Positions 38,024 through 47,642 of a stretch of DNA of 52,284 nt are shown here, piece by piece. How positions within the stretch are numbered: position 1 is the stretch's first letter; each line of letters opens with the position of its first letter. Both the position numbers and the translations under genes were made by a program. This DNA is from Patescibacteria group bacterium (GTDB lineage Bacteria > Patescibacteriota > Microgenomatia > UBA8517): the NCBI GenBank assembly GCA_042571305.1, contig JBHPHS010000003.1, forward strand, positions 1 through 52,284, read 5' to 3'. Under the pieces are notes generated by a model, which worked only from the letters and a program-made list of their open reading frames with translations, had not been told where the DNA came from and made no database searches.

Positions 38024-38266
38024 GTGAAAGAATTAAAACCTTTTCCACCACAAGGACTAACAACCATAGATTGGTGTAATATTGATGTGGCAAAACCCTG
38101 CCCCTATAAAAGTGGAATAAAGAACTGTGGTATTAAAAAACGATTGTCTGAATTTTCTTTAAAAGGAGGGTCAAGAAAAAAAGAAGCTGAAAGATTGTGG
38201 AATTTGGCTCAGTCTAATCCAAATGTATTCAATGACTTGTGTATAGGGTCGTTTTTTAGGTATTAA
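38024..38266 (+). CDS. Small Cys-containing hypothetical protein
   Basis: 80 aa, 4 Cys; TGATATAAT 6 nt before GTG; fills one unit. Confidence 0.55.
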   Translation: MKELKPFPPQGLTTIDWCNIDVAKPCPYKSGIKNCGIKKRLSEFSLKGGSRKKEAERLWNLAQSNPNVFNDLCIGSFFRY

Positions 38267-38306
38267 CAAACCAGTTCCTTACATAGTCCACAAGGGCGAG
38301 CTAGGT

Positions 38307-38915
38307 TCAATTTTTACTTTTGAAGAGAGGGTGTTTTCCCGGCTTTACTAATGTCCCGCTGGAGTTCGACCATAGAATGGTCTCATCTTTTAATTTAAGA
38401 GATTCCCAAAGTGGGTCATCCGGTGCTGTTAGCTTACTAGTCGTCTCCACCACTTCTCTTAAGGTGGCAGGCAAATTTCCTAATTCATATTGCATTAAAG
38501 ACACACCGGTGAAGAGGGCTGTGGTTGAAGAGATTTTAATGGGTGGTACTAAATCATAATCATGACTACCAAAAATTCCACAAAGTTGTATTACTGCAGT
38601 TTCTTGCTCTTTATTCACCTCAAGTGTACGCCAATGATTACCAGGAGTAAAACCATCAGGGGGTGTGTCAAAGAGGACGGTCTTACTAAGATTTGGAAGC
38701 CCAACCTGGTCTACAATCTCTTTTAAAGAGATGGGTTTTATTCCTGATTCCCTAGCCAACGACAAGTTGAATTCAGTATTTTGATAGGGGTAAATAAGAC
38801 GTATCTTTTCATACACCCTTCTATCCACTTTTACAGAAAAAGGTCCAATAGATATCCTTAATGGTTTTGGCTCGCGTCTGAACCCAAATAATTCAAAAAT
38901 ACTTTCTTTAGACAT
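38307..38915 (-). CDS. Hypothetical protein
   Basis: 202-aa ORF filling one unit; stop 4 nt from the repeat. Confidence 0.7.
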   Translation of the reverse strand: MSKESIFELFGFRREPKPLRISIGPFSVKVDRRVYEKIRLIYPYQNTEFNLSLARESGIKPISLKEIVDQVGLPNLSKTVLFDTPPDGFTPGNHWRTLEVNKEQETAVIQLCGIFGSHDYDLVPPIKISSTTALFTGVSLMQYELGNLPATLREVVETTSKLTAPDDPLWESLKLKDETILWSNSSGTLVKPGKHPLFKSKN

Positions 38916-39107
38916 CTGTGTTTTAAATTGTTGCTCGTACTATAACGGTTATGAAAACATATTTCAACTTTAGCTTGTTTTATTAATATAATAAGTTCGC
39001 AACATAGTCCACAAGAGTGAGCTTAGTGTAACAATATTGTTAAGGTTGTTGGTACATGGGCTTTTTTGGTTTGTTTAGTTTCTCTTTTGTGGTAGTATAC
39101 TAAATTT

Positions 39108-39476
39108 ATGACAGAGCGATTAATAAAAGCCATGTTTGAAGTTGACCCCCGAAAAGCTCCAGTGGCTAGGTTTTATAAGGGACTTGCATGGGCTGTAAAA
39201 AATTGTGGACTAGGTGTTGAGTTGACTGTTCCTGTAACAGATGAGCAGAAGTTATTGCCTTTTGCATCATCTAATCCAAACGTGCGAGTTCGTATACCAG
39301 AAGATGTTGTTAAAAAGATACTTGAATCTGGTGATGTTCAGCAAGAGGTAGCAAAAATTGTTAGAAGGGGTGGTGTAAAACGTGGCCTTGGTGAAATTGG
39401 TGCAGAAGTAGTTTGTTTAGGATTGGCTAAAATTTTAGCCGAAGATGAAGATACTAAGCTGGACTTTCAAATATAG
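39108..39476 (+). CDS. Hypothetical protein
   Basis: 122-aa ORF with TATACT 6 nt upstream. Confidence 0.65.
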   Translation: MTERLIKAMFEVDPRKAPVARFYKGLAWAVKNCGLGVELTVPVTDEQKLLPFASSNPNVRVRIPEDVVKKILESGDVQQEVAKIVRRGGVKRGLGEIGAEVVCLGLAKILAEDEDTKLDFQI

Positions 39477-39625
39477 AATCTTAAACCACAAGAGCGAGCT
39501 GGACTTGTCTTAATCTACTCACTTTGATTAATTTATAACTCTACTGGTATACTTCAATAATGAAACTAGCCGAGAAAGTTGAAGATTAAATAGTCTCGGG
39601 CTTATACTGGTTACATGGAGAAATA

Positions 39626-40366
39626 ATGAAACAAGATTCACCAGAACATGCAAAAAGTTACGAGAGACAAGCGGCTTATTATGATGCGATATATGAAGCT
39701 CAAGGAAAAGATTACAAGAAAGAATCAGTTCAAATTCATGAAGTAATCGGAAAACATAAAATATCAGCAGGAAATAAACTGCTTGATATTGGATGCGGAA
39801 CAGGAGGCCATTTTCCTTTCTTAAAAGAATGGTACTCAGTTGAAGGTCTGGATATTGACCAGCACATGCTTCAGGTGGCAAGGCAAAGACTTCCAGACAT
39901 CACCTTTCATCAGGGTGATATGGTTGACTTTGATTTAAACAAACAGTTTGATGTGGTTACTTGTTTATTTAGTGCTATTGGTTATGCCATGACCATTCCG
40001 AATCTACAGTCTGCAGTTAAGTCTCTTGAACACCACACAAAACCTGGGGGTGTTGTGGTTGTTGAGCCTTGGTTTTCTCCCGAACAGTGGAAAGAAGGCC
40101 GACCCTCTTCTGTTTTTGTTGACAAGCCAGACATGAAATTGGCCCGTATTAATATAAGCGAGAGAAGAGGAAACGTTTCTATTGTGAATTTTCATTTTCT
40201 AGTGGCTACACCAGGTCAAGTTGAACACTTTACTGAGTTGCATGAAATAGGCCTCTTCACAAAAAATGAGTATATGGAGGCTTTTGAGAAAGTAGGCCTG
40301 GAAACAACCTTTGACCCAAAAGGAATTACAGGTAGAGGTCTTTATGTTGGAGTAAAAATATCTTAA
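39626..40366 (+). CDS. Class I SAM-dependent methyltransferase (TylM1/DesVI-like N-methyltransferase group)
   Basis: YYDAIY...KDY..E, LLDIGCGTGGH, GDMVDF, FDVVTCLFSAIGY, PGGVVVVEPWF, GRGLYVG. Confidence 0.9.
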   Translation: MKQDSPEHAKSYERQAAYYDAIYEAQGKDYKKESVQIHEVIGKHKISAGNKLLDIGCGTGGHFPFLKEWYSVEGLDIDQHMLQVARQRLPDITFHQGDMVDFDLNKQFDVVTCLFSAIGYAMTIPNLQSAVKSLEHHTKPGGVVVVEPWFSPEQWKEGRPSSVFVDKPDMKLARINISERRGNVSIVNFHFLVATPGQVEHFTELHEIGLFTKNEYMEAFEKVGLETTFDPKGITGRGLYVGVKIS

Positions 40367-40457
40367 GCTGATAAGAAGTTCCTCACATAGTCCACAAGAG
40401 CGAGCTAAGAGCCTGCGGACTTGCCGTTTGGGGAACAACAGTGATATATTAGAACCC

Positions 40458-40718
40458 ATGGAAAGAGAACTAGAGGCAAAACTCATGTCTTCTGTTGTAA
40501 AAGCACATAATAGACGGGAGGCAATAGCCAAGTTTATTGAAGAAAACACAGACAAATTAACCACAGAGGAGCTAGTAGAAATCACAATGATGGGTATTGA
40601 CCTGGTTGTTGCTGACGCTGTGGAGGACATAGAAAAAACTGGCCTAAGAGTTAGAACGGTCTCACTAAAAGACAATCTTAAAAAGATTTTAGAAATTAGC
40701 AGAGGGAATACTCCTTAA
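40458..40718 (+). CDS. Small hypothetical protein
   Basis: ORF track 40428-40718; ATG at 40458 follows TGATATATT. Confidence 0.6.
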   Translation: MERELEAKLMSSVVKAHNRREAIAKFIEENTDKLTTEELVEITMMGIDLVVADAVEDIEKTGLRVRTVSLKDNLKKILEISRGNTP

Positions 40719-40777
40719 AGTTCTAAATCCATCCCACCCCGCGAGCTCATAGCGTAACAATTTGGTATACTTCAGTT

Positions 40778-41452
40778 ATGAACCTGAGAGGAAAAAACGT
40801 CGTGCTTTTCGGAGCCTCGAGCGGATTGGGAAAATCCCTAGTAAAACTTCTTTCAGTTGAGGAGGTAAATTTAATCCTCCTCTCAAGAGGAATTGGTTTA
40901 ACAAATTTCCCAGACACTGTAAAAATACCTTGTGATATTCGAAAAGAAAACGAAATTGTTGCTGCTTTCAAAAAAATAGATAGTAAATTTGAAAAAATTG
41001 ACCTACTTATAAACTGTGTTGGAATTGGTTTGGTTAAAGATTTAAGAGAAACAGGAGGAAGTGAAATAGACAACGTAATCAATACAAATCTAAAAGGCGC
41101 AATTATTGTGGCACGCGAGGCATATAAAAGAATGTCTCAGAAAAGTTCTGGTTACATTGTAATTATTTCGTCTACTTCTGGTAGAAAAGTAAGAGCTATG
41201 GAAACAGTGTATTGTGCAACAAAGTGGGGATTAAGGGGTTTTACAGGCAGCTTACAGTTGGCTGGTGAGGAGAATGGGGTGAAAGTTACTGGGGTTTATC
41301 CTGGTGGGATGAAGTCTAAGAATTTTTGGTCTATCGTCCCTGGCAAGGATATAAAAGATTACCTCGAACCTGCATTTGTAGCGGAAAAAATTATTAATTT
41401 AGTAAAGGGTAGATATAAAAAAGAACTTGTTATCGAAAGAGCAAGTTCCTAA
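40778..41452 (+). CDS. Short-chain dehydrogenase/reductase
   Basis: GASSGLG, YCATKWG (YxxxK), YPGGM. Confidence 0.93.
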   Translation: MNLRGKNVVLFGASSGLGKSLVKLLSVEEVNLILLSRGIGLTNFPDTVKIPCDIRKENEIVAAFKKIDSKFEKIDLLINCVGIGLVKDLRETGGSEIDNVINTNLKGAIIVAREAYKRMSQKSSGYIVIISSTSGRKVRAMETVYCATKWGLRGFTGSLQLAGEENGVKVTGVYPGGMKSKNFWSIVPGKDIKDYLEPAFVAEKIINLVKGRYKKELVIERASS

Positions 41453-41507
41453 CATAGCCCACAAGAGCAAACTGAGTAACCTTAAGCTAAATCTGTTAAA
41501 ATAATTT

Positions 41508-41852
41508 GTGTTTCAAAAAGTAAGACAATTAACTTCACAAACTGAACCATATTGGTCAATTATTTTTGTTCCTATTTGGCAAGAATTGTTGTTTAGGTAT
41601 GTACCCTATTTTATATATTTAAAGTTAAATAATTTCTGGTTAATAGGTATTATCTCCTCTTTAGTGTTTACATCTATACATTGGTATTTCAAAAAATGGT
41701 TTATTGTCTTTTCCTTCTTTGGAGGTATACTTCTATGGATAATTATTGTTAAGTTTGGTTTGCTACCTACAATCATTATTCATTCAACAATTAACTTGTT
41801 ATTGAATGCTTCTGGGTTAAGAAAAAGGGCTGAAAAAAAGTTCTCTACATAG
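41508..41852 (+). CDS. CPBP/Abi (CAAX-protease-like) intramembrane protein
   Basis: PIWQELLFR, FTSIH, IIIHSTIN. Confidence 0.8.
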   Translation: MFQKVRQLTSQTEPYWSIIFVPIWQELLFRYVPYFIYLKLNNFWLIGIISSLVFTSIHWYFKKWFIVFSFFGGILLWIIIVKFGLLPTIIIHSTINLLLNASGLRKRAEKKFST

Positions 41853-41912
41853 TTTACTAGCCCCTGCCAATTTTTTAATTTCCTTTTATGTGGCTCCTGC
41901 TATAATCTACAT

Positions 41913-42353
41913 ATGGCAATAAAATTTGAGTTTCGTGACATGACTAAAGCCGAGTTTAAACGAGAGCAGGCTGCTTTTGATGAACACGGACAAGGGTTTG
42001 GAAATCCACCAGATAAACAAAAACGTTTTGGGTTTGTTGCAACAGACAAAGGGAAATTTGTAGGCTGCTCAAGCGGGTTGGCTCAAAAGAACAATAATAA
42101 ATATGGCAAATATTTTTATCTAAGTGACCTTTTGGTTGAGAAAGATTACAGGAAACTTGGTTATGGCAAAAAACTTTTAGAATTACTGGAAAACAAAATA
42201 AAACAACTGGGGATTGACTATATTTGGACATGGACTGCAGAGTACGAAGCTAGCACTTTTTATCAGAAACATGGATATCAAGTTTTTACTACATTTGATA
42301 AATATTACCAGTCAGGTGATGCCAGGGTTGGACTTCTTAAGAAGCTGGTGTAA
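41913..42353 (+). CDS. GNAT-family acetyltransferase
   Basis: LLVEKDYRKLGYGKKLL, ASTFYQKHGY. Confidence 0.93.
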   Translation: MAIKFEFRDMTKAEFKREQAAFDEHGQGFGNPPDKQKRFGFVATDKGKFVGCSSGLAQKNNNKYGKYFYLSDLLVEKDYRKLGYGKKLLELLENKIKQLGIDYIWTWTAEYEASTFYQKHGYQVFTTFDKYYQSGDARVGLLKKLV

Positions 42354-42388
42354 ACAAGTTCCTCACATAGTCCACAAGAGCGAGCCAA

Positions 42389-43168
42389 TTATATTCTTTG
42401 ATTAAATGCTTTTTTGAACTCTTCTTCAGTTTTGAATATATTTAGCGGAATATTCATATTTCTCAATAGTCTTCGAAGTGTTTTTTCGTGGGCACAATTA
42501 TCTATTGATATTTTCTTAAAATCTTTTGAAAGTACACTTTCTGATAAAGAAGGGAACTTTGTTTCACCAGCAAGAGCGTTTAAAGTCACCTGTGTTTCTT
42601 TGTCTATTATTTTTGCACTATAAGCTGCCAAGTCAATATTCTCTGTTTCACAAGCGAGTTTCAATTTGTTGTAAATAGATTTAAGTTCTTCATAAAATCC
42701 GATAAGTATTTTGGAGTCTGGTTGGGTTTTTTTATCTTTTTTTTCTTTAATCTTTAAATCTGGGCTTAAAATGGGAGCCGTTTTGTTTCGAATGTTAGTT
42801 TTTAATGTGGCTAACAAATTTTTATATCTTTGTAGCTCCTTATCTGTAGAAAAATATACCACTTTCCCGTCTAAAAAAATTGACTGCAAGGGCCCCTCTA
42901 ATTTAGAAATTCTTTCTGCTCTATCCCAAGAGACGGGCCACAAGTCATATCCAACCCCTTTTATAATGAACTGATAAGATAGCCGATAACCTTTTTCCGT
43001 CCTGGGAATAAAAAAGAAATCAATATCAGAATATTTATGTATATTTCCTTTAACATAGGAGCCATAGCAAACGAGCACCGAAACATCATTGGCAAAATCA
43101 CTTTCTATCTTTTTGATAATAGTTTCGAGAATCTTACTATTCCGAATTACTTTATTATTTAATCTCAT
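42389..43168 (-). CDS. Pol-beta-superfamily nucleotidyltransferase (kanamycin-NTase-like architecture)
   Basis: YGSY..G..HKYSDIDF motif; helical C-terminal domain. Confidence 0.85.
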   Translation of the reverse strand: MRLNNKVIRNSKILETIIKKIESDFANDVSVLVCYGSYVKGNIHKYSDIDFFFIPRTEKGYRLSYQFIIKGVGYDLWPVSWDRAERISKLEGPLQSIFLDGKVVYFSTDKELQRYKNLLATLKTNIRNKTAPILSPDLKIKEKKDKKTQPDSKILIGFYEELKSIYNKLKLACETENIDLAAYSAKIIDKETQVTLNALAGETKFPSLSESVLSKDFKKISIDNCAHEKTLRRLLRNMNIPLNIFKTEEEFKKAFNQRI

Positions 43169-43303
43169 AAACTAATCAACACACAAGACATGGTCTAGAT
43201 GACTAATTGAGTATAGCAGAGGTAAGTAATTTCTATACTCATTAATCGGTCAAAAGCAAAACCAGTTCCTCACATAGTCCACAAGAGCGAGCAGACTACT
43301 TAG

Positions 43304-43348
43304 CTTCAAAAAACCATACTAAATTGTTCGAACTCAGTTAGGATTTAA
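43304..43348. repeat. Second repeat family, copy 1 (45 bp, central GTTCGAAC palindrome)
   Basis: CTTCAAAAAACCATACTAAATTGTTCGAACTCAGTTAGGATTTAA; 39/45 identical to 47643-47687. Confidence 0.85.
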
Positions 43349-43351
43349 TCT

Positions 43352-44263
43352 TTATAACTTCTTAAAACTTTTTATTATTGAAGATATGGTTTGTCTGTAA
43401 GGCCAAGTAATTGGATATGCGTAGCCCACTAATCTTAAGTCTGTACTGCTGTTTGTAGGTTCTCTTAGCTTTAATTTGTATTCGTAGACTGGGGGGTCTG
43501 TTACTTGTAGTTGTATTGAACTTTGAGACTCCAAAGTATCAAGTATTTTTTCTGTTAAAAAAACAGTGGTAGAAGTGAGGTAGGCAATTTCCCCTTCATC
43601 CATTTCAATTTTACTAAATTCTGGGGGAGTATATCCAGGCCTCGAATCCTCAAAGAAAAAACCGTCAATTGGGTCCCCCATACTAATTATGTAGTTGTCA
43701 CCCAGGGGTATTTCACAGATAGTCTCTGAGTCTGGTGTTCTTTCGTCAATGCATTTTTTCAGATTATTAACACATTCTACATCCTCATTATTTTGGGTAA
43801 CCATAACATAGTCGGCAGTTGAATCATATTCCCTTGGTAATTCATAAACTGACATAAAACTCGGGTATTCAAATTGGTATTTACCATCAGAGGTTATAAA
43901 AACGTTTGTATTAAAAGGCTTGTCAACGAAGTCCCTTTCAGATATCACTGAAGACAGTTTTGTGAGATTCATTAGAGTACTTATATAAGTAGGGTTTACT
44001 CCCAAATTAGTATTAAAGTTACTATCTGACTTTTCTTGGTTTAGTGTCCCATTCGTTTTTAATGATGGAGTTGGTTGAGTTTTTGTCACCTGTTTATTTT
44101 GTTGAATGTATTGGTAACCAAAATATCCCGCCACCGATAAAGTTATAATCTGTAGTACGACAAGTGAGATTAGCAAAGCCTTCGGATTGCGAGGTTTTAC
44201 GGGCTCAACTAGTGGCTGTGAAGAGGAAGCCTTAGGAGTACTTGGTGGTAGGTTGTTTTCCAT
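43352..44263 (-). CDS. Membrane-anchored hypothetical surface protein
   Basis: Pro-rich N-terminus, single TM, YQFEYPS pattern, ends IIKSFKKL (PsbP-like pattern, tentative). Confidence 0.7.
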   Translation of the reverse strand: MENNLPPSTPKASSSQPLVEPVKPRNPKALLISLVVLQIITLSVAGYFGYQYIQQNKQVTKTQPTPSLKTNGTLNQEKSDSNFNTNLGVNPTYISTLMNLTKLSSVISERDFVDKPFNTNVFITSDGKYQFEYPSFMSVYELPREYDSTADYVMVTQNNEDVECVNNLKKCIDERTPDSETICEIPLGDNYIISMGDPIDGFFFEDSRPGYTPPEFSKIEMDEGEIAYLTSTTVFLTEKILDTLESQSSIQLQVTDPPVYEYKLKLREPTNSSTDLRLVGYAYPITWPYRQTISSIIKSFKKL

Positions 44264-44376
44264 AATAAAATTTTAGCACATTTTCTAGATGGTTATAAAC
44301 AAGTTTCTCACATAGTCCACAAGAGCGAGCTAGCTTCACAAAACCTATTCTCCCGTGTTGTAGTAAAATAAAGACA

Positions 44377-44922
44377 ATGAAAAAGAAAAGAGGCCCTTGG
44401 GTAGTGGTTGGTACCAAAACCATTTATCAAAATCCATGGATAAAGGTCAGAGAAGACAAGATTATTAGGCCTGATGGTAAAAAGGGAATTTTTGGTGTGG
44501 TTTCAATGGTGCCTGGTGTTTCTGTTTTACCCATGGACGATAAAGGTGATGTTTATTTGACCAAGGAATATCACTATGGTGTGGAAAGAATAACCATTGA
44601 GGCCGTAAGTGGCGGAATTGGCAACAAAGAAACAAAAATTCAGGCTGCAAAACGAGAACTTAAAGAAGAAACTGGTTTAACAGCAAAGAAATGGACAGAT
44701 TTGGGTGTAGTTGACCCCTTTACAACAGTCGTCGTCTCACCTAATTACATGTATCTTGCTCAAGACCTGACCCATCTAAAAAGAAACCCAGAAGGAACAG
44801 AAAAGATAACAGTATTTAAAATTCCCTTTAAAAAAGCAGTGGAATGGGTTATGGAAAATAGAATAACTCACTCGGCTACAACAACTCTAATATTGAAAGT
44901 CAATAATTACCTCAATAATTAA
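44377..44922 (+). CDS. NUDIX hydrolase (ADP-ribose pyrophosphatase-like)
   Basis: YQNPWIKVRED..IRPDG, AAKRELKEETG. Confidence 0.92.
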   Translation: MKKKRGPWVVVGTKTIYQNPWIKVREDKIIRPDGKKGIFGVVSMVPGVSVLPMDDKGDVYLTKEYHYGVERITIEAVSGGIGNKETKIQAAKRELKEETGLTAKKWTDLGVVDPFTTVVVSPNYMYLAQDLTHLKRNPEGTEKITVFKIPFKKAVEWVMENRITHSATTTLILKVNNYLNN

Positions 44923-45090
44923 TAAACAAGTTCCTCATATAGTCCACAAGTGCGAGCTAATTACCCTATAATTTGATTTATCCCCTATTCTTCAGGTATA
45001 ATTGCCTCAATTTTCTAATCAGAAGCTAGTTAATTGCTTTTAGTTTTTGAGAAGAAAAAATAAAAACTTGCACTTTAAAAGGAGGCTAAG

Positions 45091-45474
45091 ATGAAAAAAA
45101 TAGTAAGTATAATTTTATTGGTTGGCATTGGAGGGGGAATAATTTTCCACACTATAGAAAACAAAGTCTATGCAACAGCAGTTTTTCTTACATATGTCTT
45201 CGTTTTGGGTGTAGGAAAAACACTTATTACACGTAGAATAAAAGAACAAAAAATATGGGAGAGATTTTTTTCCAATATGTGGAATGTTCTCAAACTTGAA
45301 CACTTTACCTCAAGCAAGGAATTCTATGACTACATTTATAACGACCTGCCACCAATAAGACAAAGAATACGAACAAGGCATCTGCAAATTTGCCCAATCT
45401 GTAAAGAAAGATTGGAAGAAATTAAGAAATGGATGTCCGATGAAAACGAAAAGTTCAAAATGAAAAAACAATAA
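45091..45474 (+). CDS. Two-TM protein with C-terminal zf-HC2-like motif
   Basis: IRTRHLQICPICKERL (HxxxCxxC). Confidence 0.6.
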   Translation: MKKIVSIILLVGIGGGIIFHTIENKVYATAVFLTYVFVLGVGKTLITRRIKEQKIWERFFSNMWNVLKLEHFTSSKEFYDYIYNDLPPIRQRIRTRHLQICPICKERLEEIKKWMSDENEKFKMKKQ

Positions 45475-45636
45475 AAAGTGCAAGAAAAAAACTCTTTGAA
45501 AGAGAAACACAATTAAGTTATAAAGTGTTTTTCAAGTAGGAGAGTTTTTTATTGGCATAAAAGGTTCCCCACATAGTCCACAAGAGCGAGCTTAGTGTAA
45601 CAAGAAATTTATGCTCCAAAATGATACAATTCAAGC

Positions 45637-46125
45637 ATGTCTGAAAGAACAGATAAATTACTAACAGATGGCTTGTCTGAGGGTTACGCAGGTGTAAAAA
45701 AACCTGAAAATATTCAAAGGTCTGGATTTCCAGGAAAAGCCAATGACTATATAAATTCAGAAGGAGGTCACTATCATGATGAATGGTTTGCTGATGATAG
45801 TGGTGGAGGACAGGAACTAGTAAAAGAAGGGGAAGAACAATTTACTAGACTCTATGGCGGTGGTGTAATTCCAGTTGAAGAACTACAAAAGTTAGGTCTT
45901 ACAACAAAAGATGTTATCTTTCGTTTAATAACAAGCGTAAATGAACTCAAGGAAAAAACTAGACTATATGAACCTTGTTCACTAGAACTTCCAGATGGAT
46001 GGAATTACAAGTATGAAATTATCAAAAAAAGTAAAGAAGTCCCCCTAACTGTTGGTTATGAATCAATTGAATTTAATGGCAGGGAGGTTTTTGCTCACGC
46101 CCACATACTTTCCCCAATAAAATAA
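45637..46125 (+). CDS. DUF5680-like hypothetical protein
   Basis: GYAG, YHDEWF..GGGQELV, LYGGG, GYESIEFNGREVF. Confidence 0.6.
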   Translation: MSERTDKLLTDGLSEGYAGVKKPENIQRSGFPGKANDYINSEGGHYHDEWFADDSGGGQELVKEGEEQFTRLYGGGVIPVEELQKLGLTTKDVIFRLITSVNELKEKTRLYEPCSLELPDGWNYKYEIIKKSKEVPLTVGYESIEFNGREVFAHAHILSPIK

Positions 46126-46196
46126 GTCTCGCATAGTCCACAAGTGCGAGCTAGCTGTTTCATTAACTTCAGTTTTTGTTATAATTCCAGAAAACT

Positions 46197-46496
46197 ATGG
46201 TAGAAAAGGAACAACCGTTGCATCCAATACAAGAAAGAGTGAGGGAGCTTTACAAGCACAACGGTTGGGATACCGACCCAACACTGCTTCTTCTAGCTAT
46301 GCAAGAAGAATTAGGCGAGTTAGCGGCTCGCTGGTTAGCGGAGCACCCAGGATACGAAAAATCTATTAAAGATACGGACCCAATACCTGAAGAGGTAGGT
46401 GATTTAGTTCACCTGGTTTTGGCTTTTTGTAACACCCAAGGAATTAACTTTGAGGAGTGTGTGGATGCGACGATTAAAAAAAGAAGAAAAAAGTAA
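46197..46496 (+). CDS. MazG-like nucleotide pyrophosphohydrolase
   Basis: EELGELA...EEVGDL, CNTQGINFE. Confidence 0.88.
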   Translation: MVEKEQPLHPIQERVRELYKHNGWDTDPTLLLLAMQEELGELAARWLAEHPGYEKSIKDTDPIPEEVGDLVHLVLAFCNTQGINFEECVDATIKKRRKK

Positions 46497-46618
46497 GTTT
46501 TCCTCTAAACCCAAAACAAGTTCCTCACATAGTCCACAAGAGCGAGCCCTTAGCGTAACAGAAATGTAGTTAACAAGGGCATGTGGAATACCCAAATGAT
46601 ATAATTCCTTGATTTACC

Positions 46619-47182
46619 ATGGAAAGGTTACTGGACAGTATTGAGTTTGACCAGGAAAAAATTGAAAATAAAGCTAATGGGATTGCCAAAAAAATTAGTG
46701 AACTCAAAACTTCCAATAAACAATACACGCTTTTTCTTTATGACTTCAGTTTTGGAGGGAGCGATGAAGTATGGTGTCGTCCTTATTTAGATGATGTTAA
46801 AGACCATCATGATAGAGTAATTATTCAAGATTTACATATTGATTCAAGTATGCCTTTGTATGAACAGGAAGAAAAGGTTATTAATACTCTAAAAAAGGCA
46901 TTGAAGGTTAATGAGAAAAAGACGCCCCACTATGCAGAATTCGATACACTTGGTATGGGATTAAAATGGGACGGCCATGATTTGTACGAAATTCATAATG
47001 TATGGAAAACTAAGCTTTCAGGCGTATACTGGCACTTTATTGAGATAGGAAACATCTATGGTGCTCCAAATATTAATGCTATTACAGTAAACGAGGATTA
47101 TAGCAGGGAAGTGAACAAGCCTATTATAGATATTATTCGAAACGCAAAGTTATTTACTCTACGTCAAATACTAAAACCGTGA
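46619..47182 (+). CDS. Hypothetical protein
   Basis: 187-aa ORF filling one unit, TGATATAAT upstream. Confidence 0.7.
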   Translation: MERLLDSIEFDQEKIENKANGIAKKISELKTSNKQYTLFLYDFSFGGSDEVWCRPYLDDVKDHHDRVIIQDLHIDSSMPLYEQEEKVINTLKKALKVNEKKTPHYAEFDTLGMGLKWDGHDLYEIHNVWKTKLSGVYWHFIEIGNIYGAPNINAITVNEDYSREVNKPIIDIIRNAKLFTLRQILKP

Positions 47183-47386
47183 ATAAAGCTTCTCACATAA
47201 TCCACAAGAGCGAGCTAGGTGAAACTTAATATACCCAAGTTAGCCTTGTCTAGAACGCCAACAGAAACTAGCCTTAAATCGCCTCTAATAAAATTCCTAA
47301 GTTGTAAGTAAATAAAATTGTAAAAGCCCAGTTTAGTGGTTTTTTTGATTTGTGGTAAGATTGAACAAAGGAGGGGGTGGAGCGAA

Positions 47387-47560
47387 ATGGGCGGTTATGC
47401 AGTTGGTTTTGTTGTTGGTATTGCTTGTGGTTTTGCCATTGGACGAAAACAGAAACCTTGGTCGGAATTAACTGATATACAGAAAAAGATTATAGTTGGG
47501 ATTACAGTTCTCCTTGTGATATTAGTTTTACTTACGACATTTGGCGTTATCTTTTATTAA
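47387..47560 (+). CDS. Small two-TM membrane protein
   Basis: ATG at 47387 after AGGAGG/GGAG; GRKQKPWSELT between two TMs. Confidence 0.65.
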   Translation: MGGYAVGFVVGIACGFAIGRKQKPWSELTDIQKKIIVGITVLLVILVLLTTFGVIFY

Positions 47561-47642
47561 AACGGATTTCAATTAGTAGCTAAGGTTAGGCAAGGCTTTA
47601 CTCATGCTATTTTCTCTCTTGATTCCTGTACTAACTTAAAAT

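Noticed and set aside
40199-46595. Minus-strand ORFs containing ARSCGLCE (40199-40675, 44232-44423, 46404-46595) as a CxxC protein family
   Set aside because: The shared peptide is just the DNA repeat read in another frame; the ORFs overlap better-supported genes.
36591-47216. CRISPR array (29-bp repeat beginning GTT; copy 37608 starts GTTCCCCGCA like type I-E repeats)
   Set aside because: Intervals are 300-1000 bp, variable, and contain whole genes; no cas genes in the window.
36591-47216. Classical integron attC array
   Set aside because: Too short, no RYYYAAC/GTTRRRY boxes, no intI, genes in both orientations with their own promoters.
36591-47216. Repeat as rho-independent terminator
   Set aside because: Weak stem, no U-tract, and fixed orientation regardless of flanking gene direction.
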